Shown here one piece after another: positions 9,171-18,187 of a stretch of DNA of 64,000 bases. Numbering within the stretch: position 1 is the first letter of the stretch; the number at the start of each line of letters is the position of its first letter. The translations under genes were made by a program, and so were the position numbers. This DNA comes from a virus (taxonomy: Duplodnaviria > Caudoviricetes): IMG/VR virus record IMGVR_UViG_3300037067_007264, positions 64,001 through 128,000 of that record. One strand, 5' to 3'. Below the pieces are notes generated by a model, which saw only the letters and a list, made by a program, of their open reading frames with translations, had not been told where the DNA came from and ran no database searches.

Positions 9171-9773
9171 ATGCTTCCAACATCAGTCACCATTGGGCTA
9201 CTTCTGTTAGTTACTTTTACTCTTGGCTACTTGATTGGCCATAAGAAGGGGTTGCGCGAAGGAATCAAACTTAGAGAGGCTTTCAATAAGCCCCCTCCGC
9301 CCCCACCAAAGGAGGATACAGCTACCGCTTCTTCGGTTCCCTCTCTTGAGGTATCAGACCCAGATCGAATATTCGTTGACAAGTATAGTGTTTACAGAGG
9401 GGGAGTGATCTTCCGAGGGGGTCTGGAAATAGCTATCATTGATGAATCATCCCCCTTTGAGTTTGATAAGCTTCATGGTGTGCAGGAACTAAGTAGTGAC
9501 TTTGAACACTGTCGTAGGTTGAGTCGGCTATGGTTCGAAAAGTTTGGGGTTGATGCTGGGGTAGCTCTCTGTAATAGAGCGTACTTTGTCTCAAAGTCCG
9601 GTTTATTCTGGAAAGGTGACTTCATTCTCGGCAGGTTGGGTTCTCAATTTGAATTCGAAAAACTTAGTGGAAGCCCTGAGTTTTATCTGAAACCAGGACC
9701 GGAAGACGTAGAGATCTGTGAGAAGTTGTCCCTAGCCTGGAAGGCAGAATTCTTACCACCAACTGCTGCTTAG
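9171..9773 (+). CDS. single-TM protein with two repeated subdomains
   Basis: TM IGLLLLVTFTLGYLIG; FEFDKL.G / FEFEKLSG repeat. Confidence 0.75.
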   Translation: MLPTSVTIGLLLLVTFTLGYLIGHKKGLREGIKLREAFNKPPPPPPKEDTATASSVPSLEVSDPDRIFVDKYSVYRGGVIFRGGLEIAIIDESSPFEFDKLHGVQELSSDFEHCRRLSRLWFEKFGVDAGVALCNRAYFVSKSGLFWKGDFILGRLGSQFEFEKLSGSPEFYLKPGPEDVEICEKLSLAWKAEFLPPTAA

Positions 9774-10192
9774 ATCACATCTTCTCTTTCGAACCTTGTC
9801 GGATGGGGCTCCTTGAACCACCACGCGGGATTTACACTCTTCTCTGGTTGATGCTCAACTAGAGCAGCAGCGATCTGGGTCTCCATATAGAACATCACCA
9901 CCTTGGACGGCCAAGCTGGCATTGGTTCAATAGCTCTGAGAATGTGCTCGTTACGAAGTCCAAAGTCAGTCAGTAACCTAGCCGTAGTGGGAACCACTTC
10001 AAGCCAGAATTGACTCTTACCCTCGACTTCACGACATAGAAACATGGTGTGCCATCTTCTACCGTCGTAGACATCATCTTGATGTTCTACCCAGACTCTT
10101 CTGTCCCAATCGAATAGATGCTTAGGCTTCAACGCCATGAGATCTCTTGATTGGAGCCTAGTGACTGGCATCCAGATGATATCAGATGACAT
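9770..10192 (-). CDS. hypothetical protein with C-terminal TRFER tag
   Basis: ends HPTRFEREDVI; GGTGTA 10202-10207 (minus). Confidence 0.85.
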   Translation of the reverse strand: MSSDIIWMPVTRLQSRDLMALKPKHLFDWDRRVWVEHQDDVYDGRRWHTMFLCREVEGKSQFWLEVVPTTARLLTDFGLRNEHILRAIEPMPAWPSKVVMFYMETQIAAALVEHQPEKSVNPAWWFKEPHPTRFEREDVI

Positions 10193-10235
10193 GGCTTCCA
10201 ATACACCGAGTCACGGGGTATACTAGCTTGAGCAG

Positions 10236-10547
10236 ATGCTAGAGTTCAAAGTAAATACTCCTGATTCTAAACTTTTGGAAGACCTAGTTGAGAGTGAGAA
10301 GCTCAGCGAAGAGGAGGGGGAGGCCTTTTCCCGAATGCTAAGCGACCTCAAGGCTAGGAAGTTTCAGAAGCTGACTCCACGTCAGCGTGACTGGGTCGAA
10401 GGGGTCCACAAGCGACTTGGGTTAGATCCAGGGGCAGAGAATCTGGTCAGTTCGGGTCAACTTAGGGTTACCGAGGAAGAGCGGGCTAGCCTCAAGGGGT
10501 TTCTTGGTACCCTGGGTCCAAAAAGACTAAGGCCACCAGGTCGATAA
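10236..10547 (+). CDS. hypothetical protein
   Basis: GGTATA variant upstream. Confidence 0.75.
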   Translation: MLEFKVNTPDSKLLEDLVESEKLSEEEGEAFSRMLSDLKARKFQKLTPRQRDWVEGVHKRLGLDPGAENLVSSGQLRVTEEERASLKGFLGTLGPKRLRPPGR

Positions 10548-10751
10548 TCTTTATTTCAGGGCTCTGTAATAACTCTTCTGAGGGTGGATCCTTATTTCAA
10601 TTTTTGCCATCAGATTGAAATAACGGAGGTTGGCCTGTTGTTCAACTGTGAGTAAACATGGGTATAATCGAACCCTTGTAGGTAAATGAGGGCTGCAAAC
10701 TATTTCGACAAAATAGTTGAGTTTTGCTGCTCCTATGCGTAGTACTGCATC

Positions 10752-11822
10752 ATGCAATCTTGTTATCTCGCGGGGCCAGGGACAGTCGACAGGGTTAACA
10801 TCCTACGGGAGGGTACTGATGGGGCAGAGATGAAAGTTGTTCCAGCAAATCCAGTAGTTGTAGAGCTGGTCAAAGAGCGCTATTGTTTCGTGGCCAGCAG
10901 AGACGTTCTATTTGAAGACCCTGAAGCTGCTGGTTTGGAAGCTGAACGGCTTCGAGTTGCAGATATGGAAGCCAGACGTAGACGACAGAAAGAGATTCAA
11001 CAGATGATCAACGCAATGGATAACCAAGGTACGGGTGGGGATACTCAGACACAGGCACCGAATCTCGTTCTGGTGGAAGCCCCTCAAGAGGAGGTAACTC
11101 TTGAAGTGGAAGAGCAAGAAGTCATAGACATAGAGCCGGAGCTTCCGAAATCTAGTCTTGACTTGAGTGAAGAGGACAACGGATCCAACCCCGCCAGTCC
11201 TGTGAACTTCTTGAAGAACATTCAACGGGTGATCGGGAATGAAACCCTATCATTGGAAGAGGTTCACTCAAGGTTGAAGGCTGCTAAGTTGATGCCAGCC
11301 GCTAATAACCCGATCCACTATATCAAGTTTGTCATGTCTCAGGATCGAATCTTATTTGAGCGCCCAACTCGAATGAGTGTTTGCTTGACAGCAGAGAGCC
11401 CTTACTTGGCAACCACTTGGAACCCGGCGAAGGTTTCTACTAAGAAGTCTTCCAAGTCAAAAATTGAAAGTCAAACGCAAACACTTCCACTTGGAACTGT
11501 CAAGAAGAAGCCGGTAAAGAAGCCAGTTGAGCAGAAACCGTTGAAGATCAACCCAGTCTTCTTGACTTGGTTAGGTAATCCGATCACTCAGACGGTTTCG
11601 GACAAAGCTAATTTTGATGGGGAGAAGATGCGGTTACTCGAGCAACAGAAGGGTAACTCCTGGACCTGCGAGATCTTCTTGGTTGATCTGAAGCTATCCT
11701 TCACTGGGGAATCCAAGATGCGGCACCATGCCCGACACAAGGCAGAGGTAGCTATGAAAGAATCCATCAACGAGCTCAACATTCTAGTTCATAACGCTAC
11801 TCATCTAGAAGAAGATGCCTAA
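10752..11822 (+). CDS. protein with central HARE-HTH-like winged helix
   Basis: IQRVIGNETLSLEEVHSRLKAAKLMP..NP; class B motif 10718/10738. Confidence 0.75.
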   Translation: MQSCYLAGPGTVDRVNILREGTDGAEMKVVPANPVVVELVKERYCFVASRDVLFEDPEAAGLEAERLRVADMEARRRRQKEIQQMINAMDNQGTGGDTQTQAPNLVLVEAPQEEVTLEVEEQEVIDIEPELPKSSLDLSEEDNGSNPASPVNFLKNIQRVIGNETLSLEEVHSRLKAAKLMPAANNPIHYIKFVMSQDRILFERPTRMSVCLTAESPYLATTWNPAKVSTKKSSKSKIESQTQTLPLGTVKKKPVKKPVEQKPLKINPVFLTWLGNPITQTVSDKANFDGEKMRLLEQQKGNSWTCEIFLVDLKLSFTGESKMRHHARHKAEVAMKESINELNILVHNATHLEEDA

Positions 11823-12411
11823 GTCCCGTTGGGTGGTCATCGGACCCACTCTTGTCAAGGTACTGAGCGGTAGAAAACGTAAGTTCGTTCAATGCCGTTG
11901 CAAGTGTGGGACTGTCCGATACGTTCAGGAAGTCTCCATCAACTCAAACCGCAGTAAATCCTGTGGTTGTATCTCAAGGGAGAAGAGCGCCAGTAGACCT
12001 GTACGTCATGGATACTCCAGGCGTAATCGGTCCCCAGAGTATAGAATATGGTCTTCGATGTTATCCAGGTGTCGGAATCAAAACGATGCCAACTGGCCTC
12101 GGTATGGTGGGGTTGGGATCACTGTCTGTGAGAGGTGGTACCAATTCGAGAACTTCATCAAAGACATGGGAAAAAGGCCCACCGATAAGCGACTGGGACG
12201 CAAGAATGTCACCAAGGGGTATACTAAGAAAAATACCCTCTGGGTGACAATGGAAGAGAGCGCAAATAACCGGCGCAAGTCCTGTTTGATTACCTTCAAA
12301 GGGGTTCGGATGACGGCAGCAAGGTGGGGGAGGAAGTTTGGCATTCCGTCAAGTACGATAACCAACAGGATACTCCGTGGAAAACAGGGTAAGAGAGCTT
12401 TATTTGGGTAG
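11815..12411 (+). CDS. HNH-family homing endonuclease-like protein
   Basis: CRCKCG, SCGC, EYRIWSSMLSRC, YGGVGITVCERWYQFENFIKDMG, ANNRR. Confidence 0.85.
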   Translation: MPKSRWVVIGPTLVKVLSGRKRKFVQCRCKCGTVRYVQEVSINSNRSKSCGCISREKSASRPVRHGYSRRNRSPEYRIWSSMLSRCRNQNDANWPRYGGVGITVCERWYQFENFIKDMGKRPTDKRLGRKNVTKGYTKKNTLWVTMEESANNRRKSCLITFKGVRMTAARWGRKFGIPSSTITNRILRGKQGKRALFG

Positions 12412-12441
12412 AGTCGCTATGCTGGTGTACTGACTTGGACG

Positions 12442-13266
12442 ATGCCAAAAAAAACCGTCCGAGCCTATCTCAGTGAGCGAGAGTATATGCAATTCAACAT
12501 CCTAGCAGCCAAAAGAGGTCTTAGCCGTACTCTATTGACACTAAGAGTAATCCAAGAGTACTTAGTGTCTCAAGCGCGAGTTGAGCGTTACATGGTAGAC
12601 CCCGTTGCGGTTCCTGTAGAAACTAAGACGATCAAGATCAATACTCGGCAGTATGCCAGGTTGAAGAAGCTTCAAGTTGATGTACCAGGGTGCTCATGTG
12701 AAGTTCTCGAAGTTGAAGACGTCAAGAACATAATGCTGACCTACCCACTGAGTCGCGAAGCTGACGTTCTGAAGTTCTTAGCTGACTGCCCCAAGGGCTC
12801 GAGAAAGGAGTCCAAGGTCTTTAAGAAAATGGACCCAACTGCAACTCCAGGACTGAAGGCTGCTAGGCGTAAGAAAGAGGAGAGTGAGGGAGCTACCATC
12901 CACTCTCGAATCATCATGGCAGCTGAGAAGATCCTGATGGGGAGTCCTTTGCCGTTCGAAGACTTGTACTCTCAACTCAAGGCTCTAAAAAGAATTCCCG
13001 GTGGGTTTAACCCAAAGCCAATCCTCAGGAGACTACTAAAGGAGAGCCAGTTGTTTGACCTGAGCTCCGATGACACCTACTCTATTAGAGTTGAGTGCCA
13101 AGAAGAGTCGACTCCAGAACCAGAGGACCCAACACCAAACCCGGCTTCAGAAGCGGTTATTGAAGCTCCTCCAATATCTGAAACCCGGATTGAGGTAACC
13201 CCGAGTAAACCTGAGGGTTCAATCCCAAAAGTTCCAGTCCACTTTCCAAGATGGTCAGGAAGTTGA
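12442..13266 (+). CDS. putative DNA-binding protein (RHH-like N-terminus, HARE-HTH-like domain)
   Basis: KTVRAYLSEREY..LAAKRGLSRT; AAEKILMGSPLPFEDLYSQLK; GGTGTA 12424. Confidence 0.7.
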   Translation: MPKKTVRAYLSEREYMQFNILAAKRGLSRTLLTLRVIQEYLVSQARVERYMVDPVAVPVETKTIKINTRQYARLKKLQVDVPGCSCEVLEVEDVKNIMLTYPLSREADVLKFLADCPKGSRKESKVFKKMDPTATPGLKAARRKKEESEGATIHSRIIMAAEKILMGSPLPFEDLYSQLKALKRIPGGFNPKPILRRLLKESQLFDLSSDDTYSIRVECQEESTPEPEDPTPNPASEAVIEAPPISETRIEVTPSKPEGSIPKVPVHFPRWSGS

Positions 13267-13307
13267 TAAACTTGACTCTTGCTAGGTAACATGCCTAAAA
13301 GGCAAAC

Positions 13308-13838
13308 ATGTCTAGCAGACTGAGAGCTCTTGAATCCGATATCACTACACTCAACGTTGATGTAATTGTCAATGCTGCCAACGAAGTTATGCTTGGAGGC
13401 GGCGGGGTAGACCACGCAATCCATGCTGTAGCAGGGCCAGGGCTTCTGGAAGCCTGTAAGAGGGTCGTTGAGGTAAGTCCTGGAGTCAGGTGCCCAACTG
13501 GGGAAGCTCGCATCACACCGGCCTTTAGCCTGCCTTGCAGGTATGTTATTCACACGGTTGGACCCATCTGGAAAGGTGGGTTCAACAAAGAGGCTGAGCT
13601 TCTCACTTCTTGCTACCGAGAGAGCTTGAAGCTCGCAGCTCAATTCGGAACCTCGGTTGCCTTTCCAAGCATCAGCGCCGGGGCCTATGGTTACCCAACG
13701 GATAAGGCTTGTGAGATAGCTGTACGAGAATGCAAAGCATTCCTGAAAACTGACAGAACTCTCAATGATGTGATTCTAGTTTCATACGAGTCACCGATGA
13801 TCTTCGATATCCTCACGAAGATGATCCAATACCTCTAG
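13308..13838 (+). CDS. macro domain ADP-ribose hydrolase (YmdB-like)
   Basis: DITTLNVDVIVNAAN..GGGGVDHAIH..AG; VIHTVGPIW; AFPSISAGAYGYP. Confidence 0.95.
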   Translation: MSSRLRALESDITTLNVDVIVNAANEVMLGGGGVDHAIHAVAGPGLLEACKRVVEVSPGVRCPTGEARITPAFSLPCRYVIHTVGPIWKGGFNKEAELLTSCYRESLKLAAQFGTSVAFPSISAGAYGYPTDKACEIAVRECKAFLKTDRTLNDVILVSYESPMIFDILTKMIQYL

Positions 13839-14260
13839 ATTACATCCTCACGCTCGAACCGAGTCGGTGGTAGGGGTGCATCAGGTTCCTTGTGTACACC
13901 TAAGGATTCGGCACGAAGTCTCTTCACAACTTCCTGATCGACAGTTATCCCATTTAGGACCATTGTCTCGAGAATCTCTTCCATAGTCTGAGGGTAATCT
14001 GCAATATTACCCTCAGAGCGAGGCCTAGCAAGAACTACTCTGGTAAAAGGGTTGTAAGCTGGTGATCTAAACTCTCCAATGCGATTCTGGAGGAAGACTT
14101 GAAGGTCCTGCATGAGAGAGGAGCAATTAGCATTGTTCCAAGGTCCAGGACCAAACTCACTACAAGGAAACCCCGTTACATGTACCAATTGACTTTGATC
14201 CTCGAGGCCGCCTGATTCAGAATCTGGAATTAGCCTAATCTGAACTTCGAGGTATGGCAT
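13835..14260 (-). CDS. hypothetical protein with C-terminal TRFER tag
   Basis: ends PPTRFEREDVI; start at ATG next to upstream stop. Confidence 0.8.
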   Translation of the reverse strand: MPYLEVQIRLIPDSESGGLEDQSQLVHVTGFPCSEFGPGPWNNANCSSLMQDLQVFLQNRIGEFRSPAYNPFTRVVLARPRSEGNIADYPQTMEEILETMVLNGITVDQEVVKRLRAESLGVHKEPDAPLPPTRFEREDVI

Positions 14261-14261
14261 A

Positions 14262-14753
14262 TCACAGTACCGGATCCCTCTCGAATCGAGTCGGGGGTAA
14301 GTTTTCTGATGGAGTATCTCCTTCCACACATTGTTGAAGGAAGTTACTGGCTTTCGCCACAGAAGCATCGACCCCAGCAAACCACTTTTTGCTATCTATC
14401 CCGTTCGATTTGAACTCATCCCTCATACTACTGATAGCTATAATGAGATCCCCAAGGTGGTTGACTAAACCAGAAATAATGGCGTCATCCTCTGGAAAAG
14501 ACCTCACTGATGACATTCCCAATTGAGATCGTAGCCATTGCTCGTACAGGAAACCTTGCTCGAGAGCCGCCTGACGGAAGTCTAATGAGCAAGCATAGTT
14601 CTGCCCCAGGGTTCGAGGGTTGGCGTAGTAAATAGCATCGAGAGCCTGATTTATGAGGTTGCCGCCAATGTCCACAGAGATATCTTCGGATACCCCAAAT
14701 TCCTTTAGGGTATCCTTCATGTGAACAAGTAGTGTGTCAATTGAGTGAGGCAT
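14262..14753 (-). CDS. hypothetical protein with C-terminal TRFER tag
   Basis: ends PPTRFERDPVL. Confidence 0.85.
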   Translation of the reverse strand: MPHSIDTLLVHMKDTLKEFGVSEDISVDIGGNLINQALDAIYYANPRTLGQNYACSLDFRQAALEQGFLYEQWLRSQLGMSSVRSFPEDDAIISGLVNHLGDLIIAISSMRDEFKSNGIDSKKWFAGVDASVAKASNFLQQCVEGDTPSENLPPTRFERDPVL

Positions 14754-15115
14754 TACAGAACCGGATTTCTTTCAAATCTAGTTGGTCGTGAGATACTATT
14801 CGGGAGAAAATTCATGGCAGCTTGTTCTACATGAGACCTTTCTATAATGTATTGAGCTAGATGTACATGGGCTTCTTCAACGGATTTTTCTAAGGAGGTT
14901 TCTTTTCCACTAGCTGTGAAGGAACACCCGTAAGTTCCGCAATACCACTCATAGGGTTTCGGATTGTCAATGTCAGCCAGATCCCTGAAGATAGACATGT
15001 TGTATCCTCCACGGGTCGTGTACCAATAGATCCCTGGTCGTGATGGTTCGTTGGGTCTTCGAGACACCCTGATCCCCAAGAGAATCAACTCAAGATCCTT
15101 TTCCTCAGTTGGCAT
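14753..15115 (-). CDS. hypothetical protein with C-terminal TRFER tag
   Basis: ends RPTRFERNPVL; GGTGTA 15126-15131 (minus). Confidence 0.85.
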   Translation of the reverse strand: MPTEEKDLELILLGIRVSRRPNEPSRPGIYWYTTRGGYNMSIFRDLADIDNPKPYEWYCGTYGCSFTASGKETSLEKSVEEAHVHLAQYIIERSHVEQAAMNFLPNSISRPTRFERNPVL

Positions 15116-15125
15116 AGGCTCCAGT

Positions 15126-15163
15126 TACACCAAAATAGCTTGTAAAGTCAACTCTTCGGTGTA
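15126..15163. promoter_or_regulatory. divergent class A motifs between TRFER and IESYW operons
   Basis: TACACC 15126-15131, GGTGTA 15158-15163. Confidence 0.7.
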
Positions 15164-15188
15164 CTATGCGACAGGCCAACCCTAAGCC

Positions 15189-15213
15189 GGCCAAGTGTAA
15201 GGCTTGGGTAAAG
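15189..15213 (+). repeat. 25-nt exact repeat of 27294..27318
   Basis: ggccaagtgtaaggcttgggtaaag at both sites. Confidence 0.85.
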
Positions 15214-15701
15214 TAGCTGACACCGACGATATCGAGTCATTCTGGGATGGGCTGAGGCCTCCACGGGATCCGAGTACATTCACCAATGTAGCTGTCGAGA
15301 GTGTCAACTTAGAAAACCCTGTCGATGAGGAATCAATTCCTTATGTGACTCGTTACACCGTTGATTATGGTGACAACTCTCCCCTTGAGATAGAGGAGTC
15401 TAGTGCCTCCTTCACCACTATTGCCGAGGGTAATATCATCACGGACCCACCCTACTCTTCTCACTTGAGTGGCACGGACAGATCAAACAGGAGTCTCTTT
15501 AGAGAGATCGTTTACGCAACGGAAAGACTCCGCCAGTTACTAGGGTCAGCTGGAATAACCTATAACTTCACCAGACTGATAGATGGAATTGATATTAGAG
15601 CTCAGGATCTTAGTATTGGACCTGAAGATCCACGTTTAGGTTACTACCGAGAGATGACTGTTCTCATGGCCAATTCTGAGGATACCAATGCCAGAAGATA
15701 A
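15204..15701 (+). CDS. hypothetical protein with N-terminal IESFW tag
   Basis: DTDDIESFWDGLRPP. Confidence 0.8.
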   Translation: MGKVADTDDIESFWDGLRPPRDPSTFTNVAVESVNLENPVDEESIPYVTRYTVDYGDNSPLEIEESSASFTTIAEGNIITDPPYSSHLSGTDRSNRSLFREIVYATERLRQLLGSAGITYNFTRLIDGIDIRAQDLSIGPEDPRLGYYREMTVLMANSEDTNARR

Positions 15702-17196
15702 TGAAGTTGAATCCTATTGGGACCATCGGGAAGGTATTCGGACTCCTCCGACTCAAGAGTCTCGAGACCAATGGAACCCTAGTGGGCAACAGATATTCAA
15801 CATCCTGACTCGAGTGTTTGCAGATCCTCCCGCCGAGTATATCAGCCAGACTGAGAACGCTAACCTGATCATCACCCATCTAACTCGACAGTACAGGACT
15901 ACAGGTAACTACCCTGACTATGAAACAGTGCGTAATACATTTGAGACGAGAATAGAACCTGGTTGTGTTCTACTCTTAGATCGCATTGTACATAGTAACT
16001 TGTATAGTCGTACCCTGACTAGTGGAGAGTTGTGGGAGTACATGAGGAGGATGTATTCAAGTACCCCTACTTCTCGCATCCCTGAGGTAGATAGACAGAT
16101 CAGTGACTATGTCCTTGAGTATTGCAGGGAACACCATGCCTACCCATCGATAGCTATCATGCGTGGGTACTTCATTTCGAGCATGAGAATTCAGGAACGA
16201 ATTCAGGACTTGATTGTTCGTGTAGGGGGCCTCGATGGTGATATCCCATCTCCAAGCCTACCCCAAGAAGTGACGGCGCTTCAAGAAGAGGGTGAGTCCC
16301 AGAGTCAAGTTATCCTGGATATGCGTAGATTGGCTCTGCTACTGAGCAACCTTCAAGAACTCATCGACAGAGTTGGGGACGATGACCACATTGATTCGAT
16401 CATCACCGAGGTGTTCACTTGGGTTGAAGCTCAAGGTACTGCCCACAACATGCGTACTAGTTGGTGGCAAGACACCCTTCACAACTTCGAGGTTACCTAC
16501 CATATTCGTCGAGGGAGTGTTCATCGACAAGGGACTCATGCTCACGACAGTACTGCTGCAGACCGTAGGATTCTAGCATACACTGAACAGTACATGGGGA
16601 TGGTTGGGCATCTACCGAGCCAGGACGAGACTCGAAGATACTTCACAAGCGAGAATGATGGTCATGCTATAACAAGGTTGTCAGAAATAAACAGGAACGA
16701 AGTACCCCAGCATGAGAGACGCATGGATGCTGGTACCATGTTCCTAGGCCATAACATAGCAGACCTAGAGTTACCGGAGAGACGTTCCGACGATGAGCGG
16801 GAGTATGACACTCGTATCAACCTCAGGCGGGTTGCCCTGCTGCTCAATGGGATCATTGAGACATCCGATAATATGTCAGAACCCCTCAACAGGCGGGTGC
16901 TCAGTAACTTACAGACATCTCTTGATGAGTTAGGGGGTAGAACTTTCAACCATTATGGGGATGAGGACTGGAGGAGGACAACCCTACATAACTTCCGAGT
17001 GGAGTTCCTACCCATGAGTGCTCCGGGCACGTTCCCTCGTCCAGAGGAACTTTATCCAACTGAGAGACATGCCTACCCACCACCTAGGGATCCAATGACG
17101 ACCAGACCTCAGACCAGACCTCAAGAAAGGGTTGCTGAGGACAATAGGGTAGATGGGCCTGCTGAAGATGACTCTGTATCGATAACCAATGACTGA
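15688..17196 (+). CDS. repeat-containing protein with N-terminal VESYW tag
   Basis: EDNEVESYWDH; internal repeats. Confidence 0.85.
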   Translation: MPEDNEVESYWDHREGIRTPPTQESRDQWNPSGQQIFNILTRVFADPPAEYISQTENANLIITHLTRQYRTTGNYPDYETVRNTFETRIEPGCVLLLDRIVHSNLYSRTLTSGELWEYMRRMYSSTPTSRIPEVDRQISDYVLEYCREHHAYPSIAIMRGYFISSMRIQERIQDLIVRVGGLDGDIPSPSLPQEVTALQEEGESQSQVILDMRRLALLLSNLQELIDRVGDDDHIDSIITEVFTWVEAQGTAHNMRTSWWQDTLHNFEVTYHIRRGSVHRQGTHAHDSTAADRRILAYTEQYMGMVGHLPSQDETRRYFTSENDGHAITRLSEINRNEVPQHERRMDAGTMFLGHNIADLELPERRSDDEREYDTRINLRRVALLLNGIIETSDNMSEPLNRRVLSNLQTSLDELGGRTFNHYGDEDWRRTTLHNFRVEFLPMSAPGTFPRPEELYPTERHAYPPPRDPMTTRPQTRPQERVAEDNRVDGPAEDDSVSITND

Positions 17197-17395
17197 ATCT
17201 GAAGACAGCATCGAGTCCTATTGGGAGGTAGTTCGTCCTCACTTGATAGAGAGAGCTCGTCAACGAAGGGCTGCTCTACTCAAGAATATTCTAGGGGAAC
17301 ATCCGATAAAAACCTACAAGATCATCAAGGAATGGAACACATGTGAGTCCATCAGAGAGTTAAATTTGTCAGATGGCTACTACAAGAAGTGGTGA
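17189..17395 (+). CDS. small protein with N-terminal IESYW tag
   Basis: EDSIESYWEVVRP. Confidence 0.8.
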   Translation: MTESEDSIESYWEVVRPHLIERARQRRAALLKNILGEHPIKTYKIIKEWNTCESIRELNLSDGYYKKW

Positions 17396-17436
17396 CATAG
17401 AATCATATTGGGAGGTAGTTCGTCCTCACTTGATAG
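17219..17436 (+). repeat. 31-nt direct repeat (17219..17249, 17406..17436) encoding YWEVVRPHLI
   Basis: tattgggaggtagttcgtcctcacttgatag twice. Confidence 0.9.
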
Positions 17437-17705
17437 TCGAAAGCTCCATCAACTCCATGGTATTGCTGAAGGCTTTGATGAGGGTTAGCCGAAGAGTTTT
17501 GGTGCCAACCTTTGCGGCTGACCTGAAGATCCGCGAGTATATCTCGACGGTATTCAACACCTTCGGGGTCGAGGTCAGGTTTGAAACGATCCGGGAGCAC
17601 TTCCGTGGGGTACTAACTGAGTATGACTTCGAAAAGCCATCTGAAAACTTGGAGGTGCTCAAACGTCTTGACGAGATCTCCCGCATGTGGCCGGATGTGC
17701 TTTGA
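17373..17705 (+). CDS. protein with N-terminal IESYW tag
   Basis: GDIESYWEVVRP. Confidence 0.8.
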   Translation: MATTRSGDIESYWEVVRPHLIVESSINSMVLLKALMRVSRRVLVPTFAADLKIREYISTVFNTFGVEVRFETIREHFRGVLTEYDFEKPSENLEVLKRLDEISRMWPDVL

Positions 17706-18055
17706 TGACTGATGACATCGAGTCCTACTGGGAAGGCCTACGCCCGCCGCGTAAACCAGGGAAGGATCCGCCCAAGGGCAGTGTCTGTGACCATATCGAT
17801 CCGACCAAGATCGAAGGTTACCACATTTCAGAAGATGCTCTGTACCTGCTCGAGGATCCAGTGGATGGGGCTACTGCCTCTGACTACCAGGGAGAGTCCT
17901 GCGTAGTGTTCAGACCCAGGTGGTACAAGCTGCACCGGTGGGTCTGGTGGCTGTTCATCACTGGAGGGTTACTCTCCTCATACGAGTGGACCTTTACAGT
18001 GATAGACCTGAAGGTACATAAAGCCTATCGCCGAAGGAGAGAGTGGCCTGGCTAG
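17705..18055 (+). CDS. protein with N-terminal IESYW tag
   Basis: TGATG coupling; MTDDIESYWEGLRPP. Confidence 0.8.
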   Translation: MTDDIESYWEGLRPPRKPGKDPPKGSVCDHIDPTKIEGYHISEDALYLLEDPVDGATASDYQGESCVVFRPRWYKLHRWVWWLFITGGLLSSYEWTFTVIDLKVHKAYRRRREWPG

Positions 18056-18187
18056 AGGTTTACTCCACGTATCTTGAGCCTCTCGGCTCTGAACTATTAG
18101 CCAAAATCAACATACCCTCTTGGAATCCTCTGCAATAGGCTACCGGGCCAGTTATACCTAGTTCGAGATTCGGTGTAACTACATTCT

